From a bacterium (GTDB lineage Bacteria > SAR324 > XYD2-FULL-50-16 > G965216635), in the NCBI GenBank assembly GCA_965216635.1, contig OZ244188.1, positions 256,001 to 320,000 of the forward strand: a stretch of 64,000 nucleotides of DNA, given 5' to 3'. How positions within the stretch are numbered: position 1 is the first letter of the stretch; each line of letters begins with the position of its first letter. This document shows positions 1 to 9,289 of the stretch, piece by piece. The translations under genes were made by a program, and so were the position numbers. The notes beneath the pieces were generated by a model. That model did not search any database. It had not been told where the DNA came from and was given only the letters and a program-made list of their open reading frames with translations.

Positions 1-1
1 A

Positions 2-490
2 AAAGCAGGTGATATTTTTAAAAAATCGTTGGAACTTTGCTTTATCACTCCGTCTGCTGTTTGTATAAAAAAAAAACTTTTTGAAATGTTTGGAGGCTTT
101 GATGAAAATATGCCTTGCTGCGAGGATTACGATCTTTGGCTAAGAATCACAGCACAACAACCTGTCGGATTACTTGCAGAAAATTTAGTTACTCGCTACG
201 AAGGACACCCAGAGCAACTTTCCCACACTTTTTTTGCTATGGATAGATTTCGTATTTATAGCCTTTGCAAATTGTTTCTTTTTGAATCACTAACCAAAAC
301 TCAAAGAAATTTAGCAAAAGCTGTTTTTTTTAAAAAATCTGCTATCTATCTCCAAGGAGCAAAAAAAAGAAATAAAGATAGTCAAAAACTAAAAAATTTA
401 CTTCAAATTGTCACAGATGTTTTTATCTCCAGTGAAGAAGAAAAAGAATTTTTTCTTGAATCTATTCGCGAGCTCCTATGGAAAAGTTAA
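2..490 (+). CDS. Glycosyltransferase family 2, 5'-truncated by the window edge
   Basis: Frame is open from base 2. Contains the GT2 C-terminal motif GGFDENMPCCEDYDLWLR. Confidence 0.8.
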   Translation, partial: KAGDIFKKSLELCFITPSAVCIKKKLFEMFGGFDENMPCCEDYDLWLRITAQQPVGLLAENLVTRYEGHPEQLSHTFFAMDRFRIYSLCKLFLFESLTKTQRNLAKAVFFKKSAIYLQGAKKRNKDSQKLKNLLQIVTDVFISSEEEKEFFLESIRELLWKS

Positions 491-496
491 AGCTCT

Positions 497-847
497 TTAG
501 GCATTTGTTCTTTCACAGCGAATCAAAATAAAATCTGCTTTTGCTAAAGCCTTAGGTTTTAGACATTCTACTTCCAGCCATTTTAAACGAGTATCTTGAA
601 TCAAGAAATCAGCTACTTCATTCGCTAAAGTTTCTAGGAGAGAAAATTTTTTCTCTGATAAAAAGTTTTGTAACTTTTCACAAAGTTGGGAATAATCTAC
701 TGTCTGTTCTAAAGCATCTTTTTCTAGCTCTGGTTCTTTTTTCAGTCTGTATTTTAGATTAAAAACAACCCTTCTTTTTTTTTTCTGCTCCCAAGCAAAA
801 CAGCCAAGATAAACTTTTAGGGATAAGTTTTGAATTTCTACTTGCAT
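497..847 (-). CDS. folB: Dihydroneopterin aldolase
   Basis: 116 aa with the motifs LGCFAWEQ, TVDYS, FSLLETLA and KPKA. Confidence 0.9.
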   Translation of the reverse strand: MQVEIQNLSLKVYLGCFAWEQKKKRRVVFNLKYRLKKEPELEKDALEQTVDYSQLCEKLQNFLSEKKFSLLETLANEVADFLIQDTRLKWLEVECLKPKALAKADFILIRCERTNA

Positions 848-867
848 ATTTTGAACTTTTTGAAAAG

Positions 868-941
868 TAGCGATGGGGTGAATTGAACACCCGACCTTAC
901 GATTATGAGTCGTACGCTCTAACCATCTGAGCTACATCGCC
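868..941 (-). tRNA. tRNA with CAT anticodon, probably elongator tRNA-Met; CCA not encoded
   Basis: The reverse complement GGCGATGTAGCTCAGATGGTTAGAGCGTACGACTCATAATCGTAAGGTCGGGTGTTCAATTCACCCCATCGCTA folds as a cloverleaf. tRNA-Ile2 is not excluded. Confidence 0.92.
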
Positions 942-988
942 TTTGCAATTGTTTTAGTCTAATCTGAATAATTTTCCAAGAAAAATTT

Positions 989-1112
989 TAAACAGAAATA
1001 GGAGCTTTAATACTTGGATGAAACTGATAATTTTCTAAAGCAAAATAATCAAGATAAACTTTTAGGGATAAGTTTTGAATTTCTACTTGCATATTTTAAA
1101 CTTTTTGAAAAG
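989..1112 (-). repeat. Chimeric duplicate: folB 5' fragment fused to thyA 3' fragment
   Basis: 989-1046 matches the thyA 3' end (about 1819-1876). 1050-1112 matches the folB start and upstream region (about 806-867). The two are joined at a shared AAGCAAAA. Confidence 0.85.
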
Positions 1113-1186
1113 TAGCGATGGGGTGAATTGAACACCCGAACTTATGATTATGAGTCGTATGCTCTAACCATCTAAGCTACATCGCC
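1113..1186 (-). pseudogene. Degenerate second copy of the tRNA-CAT gene
   Basis: Matches 868-941 except for 4 substitutions. One of them (TCGTA to TCATA) breaks an anticodon-stem pair. Confidence 0.8.
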
Positions 1187-1259
1187 TTTATTTTTGAGAT
1201 TTTTGAATTAACTCTATATAGATGCTAGGCAAGACGCGTGAACTCTACACAATAGCAAA

Positions 1260-1514
1260 TCAGTTATAAATATTACCTCTAAAATCTGCCTTATCAACAA
1301 CAATTTTATCGTCAAGCACATAAAAAATAAAACGAATTTTTCCGATTCGTAGCCGATAAAAACCTTTTGCCTTACCTTTAAGCATTTTTATATCTAAATT
1401 GACTTGATTGGTTTTAAAAAATTTTAAATCTTCAAGTTTTAATAAATATTTTGATGAATTCTTTAAACTACTGATAAATTTATAAACTGATTTTCTGATA
1501 ATAAGGCGATACAT
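1260..1514 (-). CDS. RelE/ParE family toxin
   Basis: 84 aa, basic, with DIKMLKG..GFYRLRIGKIRFIF and C-terminal RGNIY. Confidence 0.85.
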   Translation of the reverse strand: MYRLIIRKSVYKFISSLKNSSKYLLKLEDLKFFKTNQVNLDIKMLKGKAKGFYRLRIGKIRFIFYVLDDKIVVDKADFRGNIYN

Positions 1515-1516
1515 CT

Positions 1517-1693
1517 TTATAATTCTACAAAATCATCTTCCGTTATCTGTTTATCAAAAGCATCATTTTTATATATACTTTCAATTTCTGCTTGCTCCTT
1601 ATCAGATATAAAATTGTATCTTGGGAAATATTCTTTTAGAGCATCTTGTATTAATGATTTTAATTCACTTTTTTTTATAATAACTGTATCCAT
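1517..1693 (-). CDS. Putative antitoxin (58 aa, not in the ORF track)
   Basis: Manual translation MDTVIIKKSELKSLIQDALKEYF...EDDFVEL. Acidic C-terminus; ends 2 nt before the toxin start. Confidence 0.7.
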   Translation of the reverse strand: MDTVIIKKSELKSLIQDALKEYFPRYNFISDKEQAEIESIYKNDAFDKQITEDDFVEL

Positions 1694-1816
1694 AGTATTT
1701 TTAATTTTATTTGGGATAGCTCTCCATTAGTTTGATTTAGATTAACCTAACCTAGCTAATTTTTAAAGTAAAAATATCAACAATTTTTGGCTTTTAAAAT
1801 TTATTTTTTTAAAGAA

Positions 1817-2650
1817 CTAAACAGAGATAGGAGCTTTAATACTTGGGTGAAACTGATAATTTTCCAAAGCAAAATCTTTCACTTCGTATTCTTCTAAAGA
1901 GTTTCTTTTTTTCAAAATAGCTAGTTTTGGTAAAGAGTAGGGTTTTCTCGTTAGTTGTAATTTTGCCTGCTCTAAATGGTTTTTATAAAGGTGAATGTCG
2001 CCTCCAGACCATATTAGTTCGCCTACTTCTAAACCACTATGCAAAGCGAGTAGGTGTGTAAGTAGAGCATAGCTTGCGATATTGAAAGGAGTTCCTAAAA
2101 AATAATCTTGACTACGAGCAAAGAAAAATAAAGATAATTTATCTTGATTGACAAAAAGCTGTGTTAAAAGATGACAACAAGCTAAAGCCATTTTACCCTG
2201 TTTGATGTTCTCTTGGGGGCTAATGTCTTCGTCTGGCAAATCTTCTACATTCCAACCGCTCAAAATCATCCTACGGCTATGAGGTTTTTTTTTTAGACTC
2301 CGCAGCAGTGTTTTTATTTGGTCGTAATTTTTACCTTTACTACCGCTCCAATTTCTCCACTGTTTGCCATAAATAGGACCTAAATTGCCATCCTCAGCTG
2401 CCCATTTATCCCAGATACTACAACCGTTATCTTTTAAGAATTGAATGTTTGTATCACCGCGTAAAAACCATAAAAGCTCAGCTACTACGCTTTTAAAATG
2501 AATTTTTTTAGTGGTGATAATCGGAAAGCCAGCCTGTAAATCAAATCTTTGCTGTCTAGCAAATAAAGAAAAAGTGCCAGTACCAGTGCGGTCTTTTTTT
2601 TCTGCTCCTTCTTCTATAATCTGCTTCAATAAATCTAAATAACTTTGCAT
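1817..2650 (-). CDS. thyA: Thymidylate synthase
   Basis: Motifs DRTGTGT, ELLWFL, LGPIYGKQWR, MALACCH and PFNIASY. Confidence 0.97.
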   Translation of the reverse strand: MQSYLDLLKQIIEEGAEKKDRTGTGTFSLFARQQRFDLQAGFPIITTKKIHFKSVVAELLWFLRGDTNIQFLKDNGCSIWDKWAAEDGNLGPIYGKQWRNWSGSKGKNYDQIKTLLRSLKKKPHSRRMILSGWNVEDLPDEDISPQENIKQGKMALACCHLLTQLFVNQDKLSLFFFARSQDYFLGTPFNIASYALLTHLLALHSGLEVGELIWSGGDIHLYKNHLEQAKLQLTRKPYSLPKLAILKKRNSLEEYEVKDFALENYQFHPSIKAPISV

Positions 2651-2769
2651 TTTTTATGCGATTAAACTTAAAATTTTATATTTTTTGTTTTTCTGTAAGT
2701 GGTTTGTAGACAGGATTTTTTTCTTATTTTTTTCTTGGTTAGTTTTTTAGGTATTTTTATTGTTTTTAA

Positions 2770-3069
2770 TTATAACCCTAGTTCCGAATGGGAACCTGTT
2801 CTAATTAAAATAAGTTCGTCATTTTTTATTCTATATTCTAAAAGCCAATCTCCTTTTATGTGGCATTCTTTGTTACCTTTACTACTACCTTTCAATTTAT
2901 GGTCTTTATTGATTTCAGGGAGCTTGATTCCTTGGGCTAATAATCCAATAATTTCATTAAGATCATTAATATCTCTATTTTTGCTTTTACCTTGTCGGTT
3001 TATTTTTTCTAGATCGTCTTTAAATTTTTTTTTATATTTTAGAGTATAATTATATTCTGACTCTGACAT
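2770..3069 (-). CDS. YafQ family mRNA interferase toxin
   Basis: KDHKLKG...ECHIKGDWLLEY...LIRTGSHSEL is the YafQ signature. Confidence 0.9.
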   Translation of the reverse strand: MSESEYNYTLKYKKKFKDDLEKINRQGKSKNRDINDLNEIIGLLAQGIKLPEINKDHKLKGSSKGNKECHIKGDWLLEYRIKNDELILIRTGSHSELGL

Positions 3070-3657
3070 CTAAATCCCTAAATCTTTTAGCATAGACTTA
3101 AAATCACTATAACTTTTTGGTTCAGGTTCGGATAATAAAGCCACTATAGTTTCTCTGTTGGGAAGTCCAAATGATGGTATAGGATAATATGCTTTTATTT
3201 CTTCTTTGGGTATTTTGATATTTTTAATGTTTGGTTTATACAATCTTGCCCAAGGACTGTTTTCATCGTGAAATTCGTCATAAAAATACTTTTTACTCAT
3301 TGAGGAATAAATTTCTATAACAGTATCTAGTATTTCTTCAGTCTTCCTCTGTAGGCTACTACTGGCATTATCTATTATAGATGGAATAGTTTTTTTACCA
3401 TTTTTTAAAAAATAATATTTTTCTTTTATATTTTTATTACCATAATTCTTAAATTTACAATAAACCTCAGGTATGACAGGCCCATGTTCCCAAGCCTGAA
3501 TTTCATCTTTAAATAATTCTAAATTGTAATAAGCAGAACCTATTCCATAAGCACTGTAAACAAATTTGTTTAATTTAAAATTGTCTATCTCTTTAACTTT
3601 ATCAATAAAATAATTTGCTATTTGGACTGCGGTGTATTTATTATTTTCAGTTTCCAT
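3070..3657 (-). CDS. Panacea (SocA/DUF4065) domain antitoxin with a DinJ/RelB-like C-terminal tail
   Basis: IANYFI..KLNKFVY..IQAWEHGPVIPEVY..H...SPW matches Panacea. Tail is PNRETIVAL...KSYSDFKSMLKDL. Directly abuts the YafQ toxin. Confidence 0.8.
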   Translation of the reverse strand: METENNKYTAVQIANYFIDKVKEIDNFKLNKFVYSAYGIGSAYYNLELFKDEIQAWEHGPVIPEVYCKFKNYGNKNIKEKYYFLKNGKKTIPSIIDNASSSLQRKTEEILDTVIEIYSSMSKKYFYDEFHDENSPWARLYKPNIKNIKIPKEEIKAYYPIPSFGLPNRETIVALLSEPEPKSYSDFKSMLKDLGI

Positions 3658-3945
3658 TTTTAGTATCGGGCAATTTCTATAAATATTTTTTAGGTTTTGG
3701 AATAAAGGATATATTTTGAAAATCGTCGCTTATATCAACAAATAAGTGATGATTTTCTTCTTTTATCAGCTCAAATATTCTCCAATTTTCTCTTTTTTTT
3801 GATCTCTGTAGATATTTTTTTTTAAGTATCTTTTTTCCCCTAATTTATGAAAGTCGTATTTGTTATCAAACATAAATTTTATAGTTGGTGATATTGAGTT
3901 TATTTAACTAAAAATAATAGTAAAAGTCAAGGTTTTATAAAAAAT

Positions 3946-4078
3946 TTTTCATACAATCAAATTTTGTTTGTCTAGCAAATAAAGAAAAAGTGCCAGTACC
4001 AGTGCGGTCTTTTTTTTCTGCTCCTTCTTCTATAATCTGCTTCAATAAATCTAAATAACTTTGCATTTTTTATGCGCT
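3946..4078 (-). repeat. Chimeric joint A: thyA 5' ~33 codons fused to the comM 3' end
   Basis: 3969-4076 is identical to thyA 2553-2660. 3946-3975 is identical to the comM end at 9283-9312. The overlap is TGTCTAG. Confidence 0.95.
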
Positions 4079-5773
4079 AGGAGATAAATTTTCTTTAAAA
4101 AAATTTAATATAGTGCGGGAAAATTTATCTTCTCGTTTTTCAATATCTTCTTTTAGCCAATCGTCTTTAGTATATCGTGATAATTTTTGAACCTCTGCTA
4201 TATTAGAATTTTTATATACTTCTTTTTTTGTTTTGAAGTTATCATTGCTTGCTTGATTATTAGTTTTTTTCTCTATAGCAACCTTGTTGCCGAATTTTTC
4301 TCTATATTTCTTTGCATCTTCTTCACTCCATCCATGATAATTCTTCCACCGCCAAGGAAAAATATGTTCAATCTCAAATTTTTCTGAAATCAATTCTTCT
4401 TGTTTTGGGTTTTGATAAGCGTGCACTAAAATTAGTCCTCTTGCTATTCTTAAGTTGTTTGCATTACTAATCCTAGTTTTCAAAGGTGGATTTTGGTATT
4501 TTTCTAATTCAATATTCATTTCATAATTTTTATTTTGGCATAAATTTTCACACTCTTTATGAGTATCGTTTTTAATTTCATTTACAGTTGGTTTTTCTAT
4601 AAATTTGACATACAAAAATGCAGTTAGTTTTTTTAAAAATTGTAGAAAATTTTCTTCAAAATTAGGTCCATCTTTTTTTTTCAGATAAAAAACGCTAGTG
4701 AGATATCTCCAATGTTCGTTTGGATAATTTTGTAAGCAATGCAGATATTTATACGTTTCTTGGATAATTTTTTTATTTTTAAAATCTAAATCTCTTCCAT
4801 TTATAGCTACCCAAAAAGTAGCTAGTTTATCTAAATTTTCCAGCAAATTAGGCTCTGCTAGTTTTTTGTAACCGTCTCTTGCATAAAATTTTCTTAAACT
4901 CACTTCAACTTCCTTTTTAGTATTTTTTGCTTTTCCTCCAAGATAGCGCATATAATAGGTAAATAAATTATTTAAAAAAATTTTAGCGGGTTCAAGTTTT
5001 TTTACTTTTTCTACCAATTCTTTCCAATCATTAATAAATTTTTCTTTTTCTTCATCTGTTTTTTTTGTTTTATAAATTTCTGCTTTAAAAATATCAGAGT
5101 CATTCAAAGGCAATCCTCTATCGTTAAGTGTAGAAAAAATTGTTAAGGCAGCGCCAGCATTATTGCATTCAATAGGTAAAATGATACATTTATTTAGTAT
5201 AACACTGAGTAAAGAGTGCCATTTTAAAGGCTCATTTCTAGCGTATTTTTCGCATTGGTTATAAAAAAAATTATAATTTTTTTGGTACCTGTTTTTTTCA
5301 TCAATATCTAATTTTCCTTCTGTTAAAATGGTATGAAATATTTTATTATCACTTTCAGTAACAACTTTTGATTCAATATTTATTTTTGTTTTATTTTCTG
5401 CTCTATGATAGGTTTCATCCACTTCCCAAATGCAAGGTTCAATATCTCTTTTTAAGATATCAATGTTACTATCTTCATTCATTTCTTCTAGTTTTTTATA
5501 AAAGGCTCGCAACAATAAAAAAAATGAAATAACTCTCTGCTGTCCGTCAATAACTTCTATATTTTTTTGTTCATCTTTGCTGGTAACTATTGTACCCAAA
5601 AAGTATTCTTCCTCTTTTTTATCTTTAGAAAAATTATCTATATCATCCCATAAAATTTCACATTTTTCTTCATCCCAGCTGTAAGGTCTTTGGTATTCAG
5701 GAATAATAAATTTCCCTTTCTTAATGCTTAAAAAACTTTTTATACTTTCTCTGCTTACATTTAATTCTGCCAT
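4070..5773 (-). CDS. DUF262 + DUF1524/HNH protein (GmrSD-like type IV restriction candidate)
   Basis: Motifs IPEYQRPYSW, EVIDGQQR, IFSTLNDRGLPL and C-terminal IEHIFP...GN...N...SN. Confidence 0.88.
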   Translation of the reverse strand: MAELNVSRESIKSFLSIKKGKFIIPEYQRPYSWDEEKCEILWDDIDNFSKDKKEEEYFLGTIVTSKDEQKNIEVIDGQQRVISFFLLLRAFYKKLEEMNEDSNIDILKRDIEPCIWEVDETYHRAENKTKINIESKVVTESDNKIFHTILTEGKLDIDEKNRYQKNYNFFYNQCEKYARNEPLKWHSLLSVILNKCIILPIECNNAGAALTIFSTLNDRGLPLNDSDIFKAEIYKTKKTDEEKEKFINDWKELVEKVKKLEPAKIFLNNLFTYYMRYLGGKAKNTKKEVEVSLRKFYARDGYKKLAEPNLLENLDKLATFWVAINGRDLDFKNKKIIQETYKYLHCLQNYPNEHWRYLTSVFYLKKKDGPNFEENFLQFLKKLTAFLYVKFIEKPTVNEIKNDTHKECENLCQNKNYEMNIELEKYQNPPLKTRISNANNLRIARGLILVHAYQNPKQEELISEKFEIEHIFPWRWKNYHGWSEEDAKKYREKFGNKVAIEKKTNNQASNDNFKTKKEVYKNSNIAEVQKLSRYTKDDWLKEDIEKREDKFSRTILNFFKENLSPSA

Positions 5774-5805
5774 AATAATTTTTAAAGTTTAGGTTTATAA
5801 TACTA

Positions 5806-5867
5806 TAGACCTTTGAATTTGCGTTATGTTTAGCCTTGCCGTCGCATCAGCGAAATTCAAAGGTCTA
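5806..5867. mobile_element. MITE, short form
   Basis: Terminal inverted repeats TAGACCTTTGAATTT...AAATTCAAAGGTCTA, flanked by TA. Confidence 0.8.
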
Positions 5868-5891
5868 TAATAAAAAAAAGTAAGTTTGTAT

Positions 5892-5919
5892 AGTTTAGCA
5901 AAAAAAACTTCTTTGTCAA
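5892..5919 (-). promoter_or_regulatory. Sigma70-like promoter for the DUF262 gene, the same block as upstream of the TpsA genes
   Basis: TTGACA-N16-TAAACT with an extended -10 TG and a T8 tract in the spacer. Same sequence as 41634-41661. Confidence 0.6.
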
Positions 5920-6020
5920 GTATAAAATATAATTTTTAGCAAAAAAACTTCTTTGTCAAGTATAAAATAGACTTTTGATTTTAATGGTTTTTTTGTCTGG
6001 AAATAATTTTTCTATTATAA

Positions 6021-6195
6021 GGAGTATGTTTTTCTATTTTCATACAATCAAATTTTGTTTGTCTAGCAAATAAAGAAAAAGTGCCAGTACCAGTGCGGTC
6101 TTTTTTTTCTGCTCCTTCTTCTATAATCTGCTTCAATAAATCTAAATAACTTTGCATTTTTTATGCGCTTAAACTTAAAATTTTATATTTTTTTT
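6021..6195 (-). repeat. Chimeric joint B: thyA 5' + comM 3' + first codons of MTase1
   Basis: Same fusion point as joint A. 6021-6043 matches the start of the 8057-9289 MTase (9267-9289). Confidence 0.95.
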
Positions 6196-7066
6196 CTACT
6201 AATTTTAATTCCTTATTTTTATTTTCCCAAATATTAACAAAATCTTTGTTTTGCATAGTGCGAATTTTCCCCAGATAGATTGAAACAAAAGAGTCATTAA
6301 TTTTTGTTTCTTTTGCTTCTACTACATTTTTTTTTGCTATTTCCACATAGTCAGAATCTAGCTCTATTCCAATATAGTTTCTTCCTAATTGTTTTGCTGC
6401 TATTGCTGTAGTTCCAGTTCCTATAAATGGATCTAAAACCACATCGTTTTCTTCTGTGGACATTAAAATCAACCTTTCTAAAAGAGGAATGGGTAACTGG
6501 CAAGGATGGTTATCTCGTCTTTTTTTGTGACGGAGTCTATGAATATCTGTCCATACATCTGAAAGTAAGGGACCGAATCCATGGGCTTGATCTTTTTTAC
6601 CGCCATAATCTTTTAGAAATTCTTTACAACTACGGCAACTAGAATGCGGAGCTCTAATATCATAAAATTTAAAATCTTTATAATTTTGCGAACGAGTGTA
6701 GTATAAAATTCCATAATGATTTGGTAGTAAAGTTTTGCCAAGCGGAACCCCACCAGAGTCCCAAGAAATCCAGTGTTTAAAGCAAGCAATTTTATTTAGA
6801 TATCCTGCATAGTAATTAAGCCAACGAGGAATGTTATGCACAAAAATAGAACCGCTAGGTTTTGTTACTCTTACCATTTCACTAATCCATTCTTTACACC
6901 AATTCAAATAGTCTTCTTGTTCTTTCGTATCTTCATAGGAAGTATAATTTTTTTTGAGGTTAAAAGGTGGGTCAGCAAAGCTCATATCTGCAGACTCATT
7001 TGGTATTTTTTTTAGCCATTGCAGGCAATCTCCTTCTATAATTTTATTGAGGTATTTTTTAAGCAT
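6161..7066 (-). CDS. Beta-class N4/N6 DNA methyltransferase
   Basis: DPPF precedes HPCQLP and DPFIGTGTT. Confidence 0.92.
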   Translation of the reverse strand: MLKKYLNKIIEGDCLQWLKKIPNESADMSFADPPFNLKKNYTSYEDTKEQEDYLNWCKEWISEMVRVTKPSGSIFVHNIPRWLNYYAGYLNKIACFKHWISWDSGGVPLGKTLLPNHYGILYYTRSQNYKDFKFYDIRAPHSSCRSCKEFLKDYGGKKDQAHGFGPLLSDVWTDIHRLRHKKRRDNHPCQLPIPLLERLILMSTEENDVVLDPFIGTGTTAIAAKQLGRNYIGIELDSDYVEIAKKNVVEAKETKINDSFVSIYLGKIRTMQNKDFVNIWENKNKELKLVEKKYKILSLSA

Positions 7067-7068
7067 AA

Positions 7069-8052
7069 TTATTTTTTAAAAGTTTGAATGAGAAGTTTTT
7101 TAAATCTTTCTAACTCTTCTTTATGAAAAGTAAAAACTTCATTATAAGCGCTAACCATTCTTTTTAAATCTCCTTTTCTTACATACCATCCAATACCATC
7201 TATAAATCCAATAAATTTCGCTTTTGGATAATGAGATTTGATAAGATAATCTACAGAAATTTCTGTTTTAGATTTGTCTCCCTGTCCTGATGAAGTTGTA
7301 ACTAAAAATGAACTTTCACCAATAATTAAAGGATTTCTTTTGTCTGGTATTATAAAATCCATTGTTCTTTTAGTGGTAGGAGCGTTAGTAACTAATTCGT
7401 TTAAATCTCCTTTTTCAAAAGGAATATTTAAATCTTTTAATATTTTTTCTATCAGTGTTTCAGGATTATTTTCTTTTTTTCCAGAATAGCTCCCTTTTTC
7501 TTTATACCTTACTAGAGTATCTATCATTTCTGGTATTTCAAATTTAAGTTTTGAAATACTTAATTTTTTGAGCTCAAATAAAGGAATAGTTTTAGCTAAA
7601 AATGGAATAGTAGAACCTTCAAAAAAAATATTCACTATCCCTTTCCTAAAAGATTGATTTTCTTTTATTATTTTTCTAATCTGACTGTCTGACCATTCTT
7701 TAATATCACTACTTTTTTCTTCAAACCATTCTTCTTTATTTACTAATCTATTAAGTTCATCATCATTAACTACTCTAATAATTGTTGTTAATCTTTTTAA
7801 AGTTTCATTAGAAAAACCTGTTAATGCCAATAACGCTCTCAAACCATTTTCTTTTTCAAGGAGTATTTTTTCAAATAACTCTTTCTTTAGTCCATTATTT
7901 TCAATTTCATTTTTTAAAAATAAAAGTATTTCTTTTAATGAATTCAGATAACCCTCATATTTTTCTTCAAAAATTGGGTTGAAAAAATAAAAAGTATTTT
8001 TACTGATTATAGTCTGAAATTTTGATTCTATTGTTGGTAAGTTTGTTTGCAT
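7069..8052 (-). CDS. Type II restriction endonuclease, DpnII-like PD-(D/E)xK family
   Basis: MDFIIP..E-S-F..S.QGDK and FIGFIDGIGW motifs; lies between two MTases. Confidence 0.75.
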   Translation of the reverse strand: MQTNLPTIESKFQTIISKNTFYFFNPIFEEKYEGYLNSLKEILLFLKNEIENNGLKKELFEKILLEKENGLRALLALTGFSNETLKRLTTIIRVVNDDELNRLVNKEEWFEEKSSDIKEWSDSQIRKIIKENQSFRKGIVNIFFEGSTIPFLAKTIPLFELKKLSISKLKFEIPEMIDTLVRYKEKGSYSGKKENNPETLIEKILKDLNIPFEKGDLNELVTNAPTTKRTMDFIIPDKRNPLIIGESSFLVTTSSGQGDKSKTEISVDYLIKSHYPKAKFIGFIDGIGWYVRKGDLKRMVSAYNEVFTFHKEELERFKKLLIQTFKK

Positions 8053-8056
8053 AGCA

Positions 8057-9289
8057 TTATTTTAAATTTTTAAAAAATAGAATAGATTCATTTTTCATAC
8101 TATTTTGAAGACCCCTAATAGGCTTGCTCATTTTTAGATTTAAACACAAATTTTGTTCTTTTGCTATTTCAATAATTTTATTTTCTAAATTTACTCCTTT
8201 TGTTTGAATCTCATTTGTTCCTATAATTATAATAATAAAAGAATCTTTCTTAGAAACTCTCTTCATTTCTTTTAAAGCTACTGCCATTTTTTCAAAATAC
8301 AATTCTAATTTACTTTCTATTCCTCGTCCTGACAAGCCAATCATTTCTTCTCTTAAGGTATTCAGATTATATCCGAGGTATTCTAGTTGAGGTTGATCGT
8401 TCTTTAGATAATCAATAGCAAAAGAATATGGAGGAGAAGTTATAATAGCGTCCACAGAATCGTCGTCAATAGGTAATTGTAATGCACTTGCTTGAATTAT
8501 TTTACTGTTGCCTATTTTTAATTTAACTTCTTTTCTTGCTTTTTGAAAATTACCTATAGTCGCAACATATCTTTCTAATACTCTCGGGAAAAGTTTTTCA
8601 ATAGAAGCACTAATTCTATTTGAGAATCCCATAGCATCTAAAAAAGCCAACAAAACTATTTCATAGTATCTTTTTTTATCACAAGGACTATTTGACAAAT
8701 AATTAAGGATTTTTTTACTTTTAAGTCCATTTAATAATCCTATTGGATTTTTTGTAATTTCTTGCAATATTTCAATATCTAAATTTAAAGCGAAGGTTTT
8801 TACTTGACCCATTAAATTACAAAAAGGACTCAAATCTACAGCAATAGAATTAAGATTAAGCAAATTTGCTTCTACTGAAAAAGTAGAACTCCCAGCCATT
8901 GGATCTAAAACTACATCTCCTTTTTTAATTTTTAAGATATTTAATAAAGCTCTAATTAATTGTGGATGAAATTTTCCACGGTATGGAAAAAGACTATGTG
9001 TAGAATAACCTGTAGAATATTTTCCATTTAAGAAAAATACTTTTGTTCTAAATGAACTTTCTTTATGAATTTCTTCAAGATTGTGTAAATTACAAGTTTT
9101 AAAATGAATCGTTTCTATTCCAGCCACCGTTTTGAAAAAGGCACTTCTATCAATTAATTCTGTTTTTGATAAATTTTCATATTCCCACAAAGCCAAATCT
9201 AATTCAAAAATATCATCTGTACCTTCAATTAACTGGTAACCTTCTGGAAATAATTTTTCTATTAAAGGAATATGTTTTTCTATTTTCAT
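8057..9289 (-). CDS. DNA methyltransferase (SPPY type, alpha motif order)
   Basis: FPYRGKFHPQL, then DPMAGSST, then ITSPPY. Confidence 0.85.
   Translation of the reverse strand: MKIEKHIPLIEKLFPEGYQLIEGTDDIFELDLALWEYENLSKTELIDRSAFFKTVAGIETIHFKTCNLHNLEEIHKESSFRTKVFFLNGKYSTGYSTHSLFPYRGKFHPQLIRALLNILKIKKGDVVLDPMAGSSTFSVEANLLNLNSIAVDLSPFCNLMGQVKTFALNLDIEILQEITKNPIGLLNGLKSKKILNYLSNSPCDKKRYYEIVLLAFLDAMGFSNRISASIEKLFPRVLERYVATIGNFQKARKEVKLKIGNSKIIQASALQLPIDDDSVDAIITSPPYSFAIDYLKNDQPQLEYLGYNLNTLREEMIGLSGRGIESKLELYFEKMAVALKEMKRVSKKDSFIIIIIGTNEIQTKGVNLENKIIEIAKEQNLCLNLKMSKPIRGLQNSMKNESILFFKNLK

Noticed and set aside
3677..3873. Small ORF upstream of the Panacea gene, possibly frameshifted in an A8 run
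   Set aside because: Only 35 aa as read, with no recognisable homology.
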